Below the pieces are notes generated by a model that ran no database searches, was not told the origin of the DNA, and worked only from the letters and a program-made list of their open reading frames with translations. From assembly GCA_044221525.1 (NCBI GenBank), contig JBGAPB010000003.1, forward strand, positions 1-57,814: a stretch of DNA of 57,814 nucleotides, given 5' to 3'. This DNA is from Blastocatellia bacterium. GTDB taxonomy: Bacteria > Acidobacteriota > Blastocatellia > RBC074. Both the position numbers and the translations under genes were made by a program. Of the stretch, positions 17,498 through 28,102 are shown piece after piece (the stretch's first letter is position 1; every line of letters begins with the position of its first letter).

Positions 17498-19228
17498 TCA
17501 CATCCGAACTTTTCCACAGAAAGTTTTGGGCGACGGATTTGAGCGAATCGCGGGTAAACGGGTTACCGTTTTGAGCATAGCTTTCCCAATGGCATCAAAG
17601 TCACATCCAATGTCCTTTCCATCAGTACCAGCCAATCTGTAAGGGCTGGAAGCCGCTAGCCGATAAATCCCCTCCGCAGCATTCACGAACAAAGCATCAT
17701 TGAACGATGCGGGGAAAAAATTATTAACCGGATAGAAATTGCTTATTGCTCCAGCCAGGAAATTCCTGCTGAATATCGCATTCGGCATATAAGTGCTAAG
17801 CGTTTCAACTCCGCTTCCTTGTCCATCGCCTTTCACTCCATACTCGTTATGGGCGCTGAGGTTATTCGTATAAACGAAATTCTGACTAGCCATGCCATAA
17901 ACCGAAATAACATGTCCGGTATGAATCACTGTGTTGTGATCTACCGTCAACTCGGAAACATCGCTCAACTGCAGAAAAATCCCTGGAGATGAACGCCAAC
18001 GTATTCCGTCCAGGTTTTCCCAAAAGTTATTACGAACCAATACTCTGTGCATCGAACCTGAGTCTTCAAACTCATCATGCCCCAAAAGGTTCAATCCATT
18101 CTGGCTATTTCGCACTATATTATTCACGAAAGTTACATCCTGCGTCACTGACCATGGCGCATTGCCATCCTGATTTTCACTCTTGAAAACCAAAGCAAAC
18201 CCTACTTGGGCATCCACCCAATTATTTTCAAATACATTGCCTTCTATTAGCAATCGCTGGGAGTTCTTCAATTCCAGCAAATTCTTTACCGTCCAGTGAA
18301 TACCAGCATATTCTGGCGCTCCGACACGCCAGATCATGGGTTTATAAAAATGATTACCACGGATTTCAATGTCCGAAGGAACCAATCCGTTGATGAATGG
18401 ATCTGCTCCACCAAACATGATGTTTTCGCCAGAAGCTTCCAGATAATTGTTGACCAGCTTATAAGGACCAGGGCCATTCCAACCGCAAATTGCCTGGGTA
18501 TCAAACCCCAGTCCGTGAATTTCAGAAATGTACGAATCAATCACAGCGGTACGCTCGGAGTTAAGCGCAATTCCGCGAACCACATTAGTCGCTCTATCAC
18601 CATGAATATAGCAACGATCAATAATCAGATCGTGCGGAATAAAATCTATCTGATTCTGAGAACTGGCTCCTTCTCCCAATCTGACAATTCCATAGCTGTA
18701 ATCCACATCCGCAGCAATTGTGACTTCCAGCCCGATCAAACGGTAATGATGCGCATTGTCTGCCGTCCCTATTGCAGAAACGGCATTGGGGGAAATAATC
18801 TTCGGTAAAACATCAGATTTTTCAGGAGTAACTCTGGTTCCTGGTGATGGCAAACAGGCATCTGGTGAAGCAGAGCGAATAACAATCCATTTATCTTCAT
18901 TACCCAATCTATCCCAAATTTTATTTGGCAAAATAAAATTACCAACAAAGGTTGCACCTGGCTGAATAGCAATGATATCACCGGGGTTAGCCATATCAAT
19001 TGCCGATTGCAAGTCCTCTCCCTCCGAAACGCTGATCGTTCGCCCCTGCGGCGGAGTGTAAGTGGTATCCAAAAACCTGCGAGGTAGTTCTGGGGTGGCA
19101 TCAACTGGTGCTGAATTCTGAGAATCCAATCCTAGCTTGCCAAAGCCTGAGTGGTCAGTGCTTACAAACCTGACCGACATTATCACTGTCCAAAATACTA
19201 AAACTCCCAGTCTGATTGAAGCGTTCAT
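17498..19228 (-). CDS. Secreted right-handed beta-helix protein (paralog of 13158 and 19334)
   Basis: Shared motifs ATPELPR, DRCYIHG, RGIALNS, DTQAICGWNGPGP, NNYLEASGENIMFGGADP, KNLLELKN, NQDGNAPWS, GTDGKDIG. Confidence 0.75.
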   Translation of the reverse strand: MNASIRLGVLVFWTVIMSVRFVSTDHSGFGKLGLDSQNSAPVDATPELPRRFLDTTYTPPQGRTISVSEGEDLQSAIDMANPGDIIAIQPGATFVGNFILPNKIWDRLGNEDKWIVIRSASPDACLPSPGTRVTPEKSDVLPKIISPNAVSAIGTADNAHHYRLIGLEVTIAADVDYSYGIVRLGEGASSQNQIDFIPHDLIIDRCYIHGDRATNVVRGIALNSERTAVIDSYISEIHGLGFDTQAICGWNGPGPYKLVNNYLEASGENIMFGGADPFINGLVPSDIEIRGNHFYKPMIWRVGAPEYAGIHWTVKNLLELKNSQRLLIEGNVFENNWVDAQVGFALVFKSENQDGNAPWSVTQDVTFVNNIVRNSQNGLNLLGHDEFEDSGSMHRVLVRNNFWENLDGIRWRSSPGIFLQLSDVSELTVDHNTVIHTGHVISVYGMASQNFVYTNNLSAHNEYGVKGDGQGSGVETLSTYMPNAIFSRNFLAGAISNFYPVNNFFPASFNDALFVNAAEGIYRLAASSPYRLAGTDGKDIGCDFDAIGKAMLKTVTRLPAIRSNPSPKTFCGKVRM

Positions 19229-19333
19229 GGGGATTTTCTCTTTTTATTAACAACTATTTGATTATTCAAGCAAACTTCATCTTACCCCAAGTATTACCAG
19301 AGTGCGAGTAGGTATTCAGCCGTTTTCGGTCAT

Positions 19334-20974
19334 TCATTTGATAACCTCACTCGTGGATTTCATGACTTCAGCCAAGTCACATCCAGGGTCTTTGCCATCC
19401 AACCCAGCCCCCTTATAAGCCTTATGCATGGTAAGTCGGAATCCTCCGCCACTACGATCTATCAAACAGACCTCAGCAAGCGTTTTCGGGAAGTAATTTT
19501 TCGGAGGATAATTAGCGTTCGATCCGCCCGCTATCACATTTCCGGCAAAAACTGCTCCGGGCATATATTTGCTCAGTGTCGAATTCCCAACCCCGGTTCC
19601 ATCTCCTTTCACTCCATATTCGTTGTGAGCAAGCAGGTTATTCGTAAAAACAAAATTCAAGCTCGGAGCATCATAAGTAGTAACCATCGAACCTGTATGT
19701 AGCACAGTGTTACTATCAAAAACGACATCGAGAGCATCGCTGATAAGCAAAAACCATCCATTTGTCTTTCCCCAACGCTGGCCATCAATATCATCCCAAA
19801 GATTGTTACGAATCGTTACCCGCTTCATTGCGTCTCCCAACTGATTCGGCACGCGCCCCAAAATATTGATAGCGGCGCCACTGTGACGAACAATATTGTT
19901 AATGAAGGTTACGTCGCGCGTGACCGACCACGGTGCGCCCCCATCCTGATTGACGCTCTTGAGCAGCACGGCATAACCCTGCTGAGCGTCTGCCCAATTG
20001 TTTTCCAGCACATTTGCTTCAATAAGGACTCGCTGTGCGTTTTTCAATTCCAACAGATTCTTGATCGTCCAGTGAATCCCTGCATACTCCGGTTCGTCCA
20101 CTTTCCAACGCAATGGCTTGAAAAGATGGTTACGACGGAATTCCACATCCGAAGGAATCAATCCATTAATAGACGGGTCAGCACCACCTAACATGAAGTT
20201 TTCTCCAGCACCTTCCAGGTAATTATTGACGATCTTGAATGGTCCAGGGCCGTTCCAACCACAGATTGCCTGAGTATCAATGCCTATACCGTGACATTCC
20301 GAAATGTATGAATCAATCACAGCGGTGCGCGCGCTATTCAACGCAATACCTCGTGAGACGTTACCTTTTTCATTTCCATGAATGTAGCAACGGTCCACAA
20401 CAAAATCAGTAGGCACTTTATCCAACAACTTCTGTTCATTGGAACCATCACCTAACCTGACGATGCCATAGTTAGTTTGCACCCCATCGCGAACTGCAAT
20501 TTCTAAACCAATCAGTCGGTAATGATGGCTACCGGCTGCAGTCGAAATTGCGCCATCGGGATTCGGCGTGACTATCTTCGCCAGTAATTTTGAATGCTGG
20601 GGCAAAACTCTCGTACCCGGCGGAGGCAATTCGTCATCGGTCGCAGAACTACGAATTACTATCCAATCTGCGCCTTTTTTGGCAGGCAGCCAGAAATTGC
20701 CGGTAAAAGTCGCACCAGCTTTCAGAGTAATGACATCACCTGGCAAAGCGCGATTTAGAGCAGCCTGAAAGTCACCACCTTCATTGACAGCAATGGTTCT
20801 GCCCTTCGGTGATAAGTAATCAGTGTTCAGCATCACGCGCGGTAGCTCCGGGGTTGCCGCCACAGTTATCATCCGCGCCCGTGCTGGGTTACTTTCTGCA
20901 TAGCGAGCAACCAGCCATCCAACGACGGAAATCGCCAAAGCAAGCGTCAGATATTTGATCGTTAATCGTTTCAT
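19334..20974 (-). CDS. Secreted right-handed beta-helix protein (paralog of 13158 and 17498)
   Basis: N-terminal signal/TM segment and the same motif series as the other two paralogs. Confidence 0.75.
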   Translation of the reverse strand: MKRLTIKYLTLALAISVVGWLVARYAESNPARARMITVAATPELPRVMLNTDYLSPKGRTIAVNEGGDFQAALNRALPGDVITLKAGATFTGNFWLPAKKGADWIVIRSSATDDELPPPGTRVLPQHSKLLAKIVTPNPDGAISTAAGSHHYRLIGLEIAVRDGVQTNYGIVRLGDGSNEQKLLDKVPTDFVVDRCYIHGNEKGNVSRGIALNSARTAVIDSYISECHGIGIDTQAICGWNGPGPFKIVNNYLEGAGENFMLGGADPSINGLIPSDVEFRRNHLFKPLRWKVDEPEYAGIHWTIKNLLELKNAQRVLIEANVLENNWADAQQGYAVLLKSVNQDGGAPWSVTRDVTFINNIVRHSGAAINILGRVPNQLGDAMKRVTIRNNLWDDIDGQRWGKTNGWFLLISDALDVVFDSNTVLHTGSMVTTYDAPSLNFVFTNNLLAHNEYGVKGDGTGVGNSTLSKYMPGAVFAGNVIAGGSNANYPPKNYFPKTLAEVCLIDRSGGGFRLTMHKAYKGAGLDGKDPGCDLAEVMKSTSEVIK

Positions 20975-20997
20975 TGTTCGCCACCTGAATTTACTGC

Positions 20998-22149
20998 TTA
21001 AACAAAATGCTTCTTGAGCTTCAAAAATGGTCCTTCAATGAAGCGTTGGGAAAAAAGCGCAATCGCAAAAGAAACTATCAGTATCATCACTCCGCGAATG
21101 GTTACCCATCCGAAACTGCCGAAGCGAGCATAAAGTTTTTCGTTATGCTTGACCGTCAGGCTGTAAATCGCATCACCCACAGAAAGATGAATGAGATACA
21201 GACAATAGCTTAACTTACCGCTTATATCTGCGAATCTTGTGCGTAACAACAATGTCATCGCTGTTCCTCGCAAGACAACGACCGTAAGAACAAAAGCCCC
21301 AAAAACCAGTATCACCTGAGTGTAACGCAAACCCACACCAACAGCCGTTTTACCCATAATACCGTATGGCATTCCCACAACTGCTATCACCGCCGAGCCA
21401 ACCAGCATCACCCCGGCCAACCGGAGTGAGTTTCGTAAAGTTGCCTTGTCAGAACGCATCCAAATAGCTAACAAAGCCCCCATTGCCAGCCCGTCAAAGC
21501 GAAACCAGGAGTAACTGTATACTTCAGCGTCGATACTCATGCCGCGCGTAACTCCCCACCACCGTAGCGCAGGCGTCAATGTCACGATAATTACAGCCAG
21601 AATCGTCAAATTACGACGGCTGAGATATTTAACCAAAAATGGCCACAGCAAATAAAAATGCTCTTCTATGCAAAGTGACCAAAACACCCCTGGACCATGA
21701 GGCGCTTGCACGCCAAAGCCTTCCGCAAAATTGGCCAGGAAAACCAAACTTAAAAGAAAGTAAGCTGCATTTTCATAAAAATAGCTCATCACGAAAATGC
21801 ACAGGTAGAAAACGGGGAGAATGCGTAAAACACGTCGCCAGTAAAAAGTACGGAAATAGTTTTTCTTATGCTTTGAGTCGAGCAAGATACCGCTAATCAA
21901 GAACCCAGAAAGGATAAAAAACAGATCAACTCCCAACCAACCATGACTTATGATTTGGTAAATCAGTCGCGGCATTCGATCATAAGTATCGTCTGGAACC
22001 TTGAATCCCCAGTACAGATGCCCTATCAGCACCATCCAGATGGCAATTGCGCGTATGCCATCCAGTTCTTGTATGTGCTGGCCAATCAACGCCATCTTTG
22101 TTTGTGATTTGGCGGTTTCGTGCGGTTTAGTGTCAAGAACGGCTTCCAT
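20998..22149 (-). CDS. Acyltransferase family 3 (OafA-like O-acyltransferase)
   Basis: ELDGIRAIAI..V..H, GWLGVDLFFILSGFLI, FYWRRVLRILP, FWSLCIEEHFYLLWP, GKLSYCLYLIH, IEGP; multiple TM helices. Confidence 0.92.
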   Translation of the reverse strand: MEAVLDTKPHETAKSQTKMALIGQHIQELDGIRAIAIWMVLIGHLYWGFKVPDDTYDRMPRLIYQIISHGWLGVDLFFILSGFLISGILLDSKHKKNYFRTFYWRRVLRILPVFYLCIFVMSYFYENAAYFLLSLVFLANFAEGFGVQAPHGPGVFWSLCIEEHFYLLWPFLVKYLSRRNLTILAVIIVTLTPALRWWGVTRGMSIDAEVYSYSWFRFDGLAMGALLAIWMRSDKATLRNSLRLAGVMLVGSAVIAVVGMPYGIMGKTAVGVGLRYTQVILVFGAFVLTVVVLRGTAMTLLLRTRFADISGKLSYCLYLIHLSVGDAIYSLTVKHNEKLYARFGSFGWVTIRGVMILIVSFAIALFSQRFIEGPFLKLKKHFV

Positions 22150-22257
22150 AACAGAATTTCCTGCTCCGCTTCCTGCTACAGGATCGAGTTTTAGGACGGT
22201 ATTAAGCCTGTTATTTTACTGAATAGCAGGTTTATAAATTTAACTCAGATTCGGTTT

Positions 22258-23505
22258 TTAAGTTGCCTTGCTCTGCATAATTGTGCGGAGTTTATAATTA
22301 CGGTACTGGTGCGGATCGCCGGAATGGCCGTCTACCGCCGCCAATACGATGTTAAAAGCTTCCCGGGCACTGGCAAAGTGAACCTTGAATTCTCCTGTGC
22401 GTGCGGAATGTTCCATCACTTTACCTAAAGAACGACAAATGGTTTCACCAATGATCGCGTCCTGATCTTGTTCGAAAAAGGCATGGCAGAAAAGTTTAAT
22501 GAAAATCCACTCGGCACGCCCACGAACTGAAATTCCAGCGCTTCGCCAATTCCTCACCCTATCCAAATTCACTGGGTAATTCGCAGCTAACACCCCATTG
22601 TCAATTTTGGGAAACGGTATTCCGTAATGCCGGTAACGCCAATCCAAAACTAAAGGCCCCGTCATCAGAATGGGTAACTTCAGCGAATCGCCGACCGATA
22701 AGTCGGCTCCTGACCTATGAGGCAAAGGTTCTTGCAAAGGACGCCCACATTGGTAAATTGCATTGATGCGCGGCACCTGCGAAGCATATGGAATTGTAGG
22801 CAGTGTCAAATCAAGATAACATCCGGTATCAGCTAAAATCTGCATTTCTTCGTCAACACCGCAACAACGACCACCGTCCATGTTACCCAACGCAAAATTG
22901 CCATGAGTGAATGAGTACACGGGAGTATCGCTGCCCGGCATTCGTGAAAGCAGGTAATGCTTTTCAGCCAATAAGTCACGAAATTTTACCAGCGTTTGTC
23001 GTAAGTTCTGTGCAGTATCCGGCTGCTCGACGCCGTGATGCAGATGGATTTCGACTTCACCAAATCCTTCTGCTTGTAATTCAGCCAATTGCTCCAGCAA
23101 ATTTTCTTGATACTGTTCTGCCGGATAGTAATTGGTATGACGAAACGGAGTACCGTTACTGTCTTGAACGGAGCGCCCAATGGAAATCGCTTTCCGTCGC
23201 CATTGTTGCACCCGACGTTTCTGGGCCGCAAAATCCAAATCCTCCCCGCTTATTTTCCATGCGGGTTCATAATGGTTGGCCACCACCAAAATTAGATGGC
23301 ACTCTTTCGACGAATCAAAACCTCTTAACAACTCTCCTGCTCTCCACATCGGATAACGCAACAGGGTCGGCAATGAGGTTCTGAGTTTCTCTAAGTTTTT
23401 AGTTTTGCCTCTATTAGTTCGTTCTTGTTCGATCATGACTTGTTCACCCAAACCTGCTTTCGGTCGTTCAACCTTAAATAGGTCACGGAGATGGGTTACA
23501 AGCAA
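22258..23505 (-). CDS. Conserved hypothetical His-rich protein, possibly deacetylase/GH57-like barrel
   Basis: Long ORF in operon context with motifs NHYEP, HTNYYP, EVEIHLHH, FTHGNFAL, CCGVDEE and FASAREAFN. Start position uncertain. Confidence 0.55.
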   Translation of the reverse strand: MLVTHLRDLFKVERPKAGLGEQVMIEQERTNRGKTKNLEKLRTSLPTLLRYPMWRAGELLRGFDSSKECHLILVVANHYEPAWKISGEDLDFAAQKRRVQQWRRKAISIGRSVQDSNGTPFRHTNYYPAEQYQENLLEQLAELQAEGFGEVEIHLHHGVEQPDTAQNLRQTLVKFRDLLAEKHYLLSRMPGSDTPVYSFTHGNFALGNMDGGRCCGVDEEMQILADTGCYLDLTLPTIPYASQVPRINAIYQCGRPLQEPLPHRSGADLSVGDSLKLPILMTGPLVLDWRYRHYGIPFPKIDNGVLAANYPVNLDRVRNWRSAGISVRGRAEWIFIKLFCHAFFEQDQDAIIGETICRSLGKVMEHSARTGEFKVHFASAREAFNIVLAAVDGHSGDPHQYRNYKLRTIMQSKAT

Positions 23506-23780
23506 CGACGTATCACCCTGACAGAATTAAAATGGCCACTATTCAAAACCTTTGTTGGTTAATGACATCAAGGTAATATAGCAAATCGCCTGCGCTAGTA
23601 TTACCAATAATTTCTGTCATCAGGGTTCCTCGTCGAAGCCTGATTCTGTTAATCTTATTTTGGGGACTTTTTTTACTGAGTACCTGTAGAGGTTGTTTTT
23701 CATCGGGCATTAACTCGGGGAATAAATCTTATCAGGCTTAGTTTGATAGTTGATTTAATCATTCATTATTTCTTTGTTAT

Positions 23781-24932
23781 TCAGATAACCGACCTATCCG
23801 CGATATTCTCAGATAGGTTTTCACCAAATAGGCCTTCTCCGACCAGGCTCTGGTAAAGCCCGATCCACGATCGGCGCTCTCTTGCCAAGCCATATTTGTC
23901 GCACTCTTTTAGTGCTTGTTGAATAATCTTTTCCGCCAGCGACTGATCTTCCAACAATCGAATAGCAGCGTTTGCCATTTCGATATGATCGTTTAACCCA
24001 ATCAGCAAACCTGTCTCTTCGTGTCTTAGAATGTGTGGAATACCTCCGGCTTCTGTCGTTACTACGGGCATTCCAACTGAGTAACTTTCTAAGATCGAGC
24101 TTGGCATGTTGTCCAGATTTGGCGCATTCAAATAGATGTCTGCTCGGTCGTAAAGCGCCGGCATTTGGTCGAATTCAACCCGGCCAATGAATTCGACTCC
24201 CTTCAATTCCAACTTAACGGCCAAAGCTTCTAACTCGGGACGCAGGCTTCCATCGCCAGCAACAATCAACCGCGATTCAGGGTAACGTCGCTGAATCAAT
24301 TCAAACGCAAGCAATATACAAGCTACGTTGTACAGTGGTTCGTGCAGACGATTTGACAGAAAGACGGGCTGTAATGGTTTTCGTTCGCGAAAATAAAACT
24401 GTGCCAAGTCGATCGAATTGGAAATAATTTCTGCTTTTAATCCGAATTTCGAAAAAACACTTTGCAAGTATCCCGACTGAACGACAATGGCGGTTGCCCA
24501 TTTCATCGTGGGAACAGCCGTTAGCGGCCAGTTTTTCAGATGGTCTTCGGCTTCACCGCTATGGTAATTGAGCACGCTTTTTTTTCCATAAATTTTAGCA
24601 ATCAACAGCGCAGGCATGACCGAAAGCAAATACGAATAATAAGAAGCTGAAAAAACGTGCAATACATCGCATCGCCTGACGTGAAACAACAGCAGCGCCC
24701 AATACCATAACGAAGTTACCACAGTCCGAACGTATTTGATTTGCTGCAACCATTTCAGCCCGCCCGGCAATCGTGGATTGTGCGGAACAAATGATGCCGT
24801 GAAACCCGGCTCCCGGTTTAACCAATCAAGCAACAACGAAGCTCTATGCGATTGCCCACCAAGAATATCCAAGGAAGGAGCCGCAACCAGAATTCGTATA
24901 GGTGCGTTCTTATCTGGAAATTCTTTTTTCAC
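23781..24932 (-). CDS. Glycosyltransferase family 4
   Basis: GT-B motifs DVLHVFSAS, AGDGSLRPEL, DNMPSSILESYSVGMPVVTTEAGGI and ETGLLI. Confidence 0.9.
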   Translation of the reverse strand: MKKEFPDKNAPIRILVAAPSLDILGGQSHRASLLLDWLNREPGFTASFVPHNPRLPGGLKWLQQIKYVRTVVTSLWYWALLLFHVRRCDVLHVFSASYYSYLLSVMPALLIAKIYGKKSVLNYHSGEAEDHLKNWPLTAVPTMKWATAIVVQSGYLQSVFSKFGLKAEIISNSIDLAQFYFRERKPLQPVFLSNRLHEPLYNVACILLAFELIQRRYPESRLIVAGDGSLRPELEALAVKLELKGVEFIGRVEFDQMPALYDRADIYLNAPNLDNMPSSILESYSVGMPVVTTEAGGIPHILRHEETGLLIGLNDHIEMANAAIRLLEDQSLAEKIIQQALKECDKYGLARERRSWIGLYQSLVGEGLFGENLSENIADRSVI

Positions 24933-26125
24933 CTGTTTGCCCCTTTAACTTCTTTTTGGTATGCGCCCGTTGATAACCAAGAATGCTGTGATTGGCTTGC
25001 CAGCAATCGTTCATACAACAACTGCGTTCGATTAAGTAGTGCTGAATCGGAAAACCGATCTTCGACTATTCGCCGAGCCAATTTACCCATTGAACGAGCA
25101 CGCGCCGAATCGCTCAATAATTCAATAATTCTGGATGCCATCAACCTGTCATCACCTGCTGGAACTACAAAACCGGTTTCAGCTTCCAAGACGGCTTCGC
25201 GCGCGCCACCGACATCAGTCACAACCACTGGCAACTCAGCAGCCATGTATTCGATTATCGCGTTAGAAAACCCCTCGGAAATCGAACTCAATACTCCTAT
25301 GTCGGAAACCCCCAGCAATTCCGCAACCCGCGCGCAGCGCCCCAGGAAATAAACATCCTGAGCTAAACCAAGTTTTGCCGCCTGCTGATGTAATGGTTCC
25401 AACAACTCGCCTTCTCCTGCCAAGCAGAATGCTGCACCTGGCACGGCGGCACGTACTTTTTGAGCGGCACGTAAAAAAGTCGAATGGTCTTTTACCGAAC
25501 GCAAATTAGCGACGATTGTTACCAACTGTTTGCCAACAGCTTGCGGCATTCCCAATTCCACCAACAATTCAGCGCGACGAGTTTCTGAGCATCGCACGTA
25601 CCGATCGAGTTGAAGCCCGTTATAACTGGTTACAACTTTTTGCTCTGGCACCCCTTCAGCAATCAACTCTTCACGCACGGTTTCGCAGTTTGCGATTACT
25701 TTCTGGGCTAGTCTGTAAGAGCCTCGCTCTATGTAACGGCTGAACGCCGAACGTTCAGCTCCTTCGCGCCTCGCGGCTATCCTGACAGGCACACCAGCTA
25801 ATGCTGCTCCGAGCATTCCGAAAATGTTGGTGTAATAATCTGAAGATTGAACAACTGATACCTCTAACTGGCGAAGATGCTTTACGAAACGGTTAACTTG
25901 CAACGCGAAGTTGGAGTCAAAAAAACTCGTCAATGGAAAAGCAGGAATCTCTTCTACTCCAAGTGATTCAACATCCGCGCGCAAAATACCTTGACCATTC
26001 AAACACGCGACACGAACGTCATACACTCCGCTTTTGTGCAACAAGCGGGTCAACTGGACGGCTTGGCGCTCCGATCCTCCCTGGTTGAAGCTGTCGAGAA
26101 GTTGTAAGACTCTAGGTTTCGTCAT
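24929..26125 (-). CDS. Glycosyltransferase family 4
   Basis: GGSERQ, VANLRSVKDH, SISEGFSNAIIEYMAAELPVVVTDVGGARE. Confidence 0.92.
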   Translation of the reverse strand: MTKPRVLQLLDSFNQGGSERQAVQLTRLLHKSGVYDVRVACLNGQGILRADVESLGVEEIPAFPLTSFFDSNFALQVNRFVKHLRQLEVSVVQSSDYYTNIFGMLGAALAGVPVRIAARREGAERSAFSRYIERGSYRLAQKVIANCETVREELIAEGVPEQKVVTSYNGLQLDRYVRCSETRRAELLVELGMPQAVGKQLVTIVANLRSVKDHSTFLRAAQKVRAAVPGAAFCLAGEGELLEPLHQQAAKLGLAQDVYFLGRCARVAELLGVSDIGVLSSISEGFSNAIIEYMAAELPVVVTDVGGAREAVLEAETGFVVPAGDDRLMASRIIELLSDSARARSMGKLARRIVEDRFSDSALLNRTQLLYERLLASQSQHSWLSTGAYQKEVKGANR

Positions 26126-26129
26126 CTAT

Positions 26130-28100
26130 TTATCCAATCGCCGACATTGCCCGCGCTCCAACCGCCAATTGCCTCAGATTCATCTGTTTGGCACCGGCAA
26201 AACTCTGCTCCGGTTTCCGATCAATAAATGAGCGATGCCACAACTCAAGAGTCAGTAACCCCCATAAATGCAGCGAATTATCGCGGCGGCCACGACTATG
26301 TTCGTTCAATAAATCACGAACGGCACGCGGATTCAGCAGGCCGCGTTCACGCGCACGTTGGTCGGTCAAAGTGTCATGCAACATTTCCCGTAATTCATTG
26401 TTAAGCCATTTTTTCAGTGGCACTCCAAATCCCATCTTCGGTCGGTTGATGATTTCACTTGGAATCAAATCGCTCATTGCCAGCTTCAAAATATGCTTTG
26501 TCGTCTTACCGCGCAGCTTCAACGAGGCAGGTATGGTCTGGACAAACTCAATCAATTTGCTATCCAGCAAAGGAACACGCGCTTCAATCGAATGTGCCAT
26601 ACTCATTCGATCAACCTTGGTCAGAATATCGCCCGGTAAATAGGTCTTGCTGTCCAGATATAGCAGACGATCAATCTGACTGGTTGAAACCGGAATATCA
26701 AAAATTTGTTCAAAAGCGGCAGACGAATTGCGCCCGTTTAGCCCTTTTTGCATCGAGCCTGCAAGCAGATTGCGTTTGGCCGTATCTCCGAAATAAGAGA
26801 GGCTATCCACAAACCGCGCACCGCCATCCAGTGACACATTACGCAGAAACTGCTTGCCATAAACTGCCCGCGGCAGCATCCGGCTTAGCGGCAACATCAC
26901 GCCGCGTCTAAACCAGCGCGGGATTTGTTCAAAACCATTTCTTCCTTGATGAATCAGGTAACGTTCATAACCGCCAAACAACTCATCGCCACCATCCCCT
27001 GACAACACAACTGTCACATGCTCTCGCGCCAGTTTAGACACAACATAGGTTGGAATACTGGAAGCATCGGCAAATGGTTCGTCGTGATGCCAGACTATTT
27101 CTTCAACCAGGCGACAAACATCCGGGGTAACAACAAATTCGTGATGATCAGTTTTATAACGTTCGGCAGTCAGGCGAGCGTATTTGAGTTCGTCAAAATT
27201 TGCTTCGCTGAATCCTATGGAAAAGGTTTTAACCGGCTGCTCAGTAGCTCGCGCCATCATCGCCACAACAGTGCTTGAATCCACGCCGCCCGAAAGAAAT
27301 GCGCCTAACGGTACTTCGCTAACCAGCCGCACTCGAACGGCTTCGTCAATCAGTTCTCGCAATCTTTCGACGTAATAGCTTTCCGGCTGTTCCGGCGTTT
27401 GGGCGCTGCCCTCGTAATTAAAATCCCAGTAACAGCGGGTCGTTACTCGTCCATCCTGAAAAGTCAGCGTATGCCCCGGTGGCAGTTTGTGTATCCCCCG
27501 AAAGGCCGTTGCCGGGTCTGGAACATAACCAAAAGTCAGGTAATCCGAGATCGCTTCCAGATTCGGATTGCGCTCAAGCCCTGGAAATTGCAGCAGGGAT
27601 TTAATTTCAGAACCAAAAACAAAAGCCCCATCTGTCATCGTGTAATGCAGCGGTTTTTTTCCCGTTCGATCACGAGCAATAAAAAGCTTGTTTTGGCGTC
27701 TGTCCCATATGGCAAAGCCGAACATTCCGCGCAAACGCTCGACACATCGCTCGCCTTCTTCTTCGTACAAATGAACTATGGTTTCAGTGTCGGAGTGAGT
27801 TTTGAAGCTATGGCCACGAGCAACCAGCGTAGCTCGCAATTCGGCAAAGTTGTAAATCTCTCCGTTAAAGACAATCCAGACCGATCCATCTTCGTTTGAA
27901 ATCGGCTGATGCCCTGTCGCTACATCAATGATCGAAAGCCTGCGCATACCTATGGCCAGTCCACCTTCGACGTGATAACCCGCATCGTCCGGCCCACGAT
28001 GTGTGATGACATCGCACATCTGTTCAATCAACCGATGTTCAGCCAAGGGGGATGACGTTCCCGATCTACCAGCCCTGAAGTACCCAGCAATTCCACACAT
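26130..28100 (-). CDS. asnB: Asparagine synthase (glutamine-hydrolysing)-like amidotransferase
   Basis: Start MCGIAG at 28100 (Ntn Cys2). HRGPDD, RRLSIID, FNGEIYN, LSGGVDSS, SGDGGDELFGGY, KVDRMSMAHSIEARVPLLD. Confidence 0.95.
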   Translation of the reverse strand: MCGIAGYFRAGRSGTSSPLAEHRLIEQMCDVITHRGPDDAGYHVEGGLAIGMRRLSIIDVATGHQPISNEDGSVWIVFNGEIYNFAELRATLVARGHSFKTHSDTETIVHLYEEEGERCVERLRGMFGFAIWDRRQNKLFIARDRTGKKPLHYTMTDGAFVFGSEIKSLLQFPGLERNPNLEAISDYLTFGYVPDPATAFRGIHKLPPGHTLTFQDGRVTTRCYWDFNYEGSAQTPEQPESYYVERLRELIDEAVRVRLVSEVPLGAFLSGGVDSSTVVAMMARATEQPVKTFSIGFSEANFDELKYARLTAERYKTDHHEFVVTPDVCRLVEEIVWHHDEPFADASSIPTYVVSKLAREHVTVVLSGDGGDELFGGYERYLIHQGRNGFEQIPRWFRRGVMLPLSRMLPRAVYGKQFLRNVSLDGGARFVDSLSYFGDTAKRNLLAGSMQKGLNGRNSSAAFEQIFDIPVSTSQIDRLLYLDSKTYLPGDILTKVDRMSMAHSIEARVPLLDSKLIEFVQTIPASLKLRGKTTKHILKLAMSDLIPSEIINRPKMGFGVPLKKWLNNELREMLHDTLTDQRARERGLLNPRAVRDLLNEHSRGRRDNSLHLWGLLTLELWHRSFIDRKPEQSFAGAKQMNLRQLAVGARAMSAIG

Positions 28101-28102
28101 AA

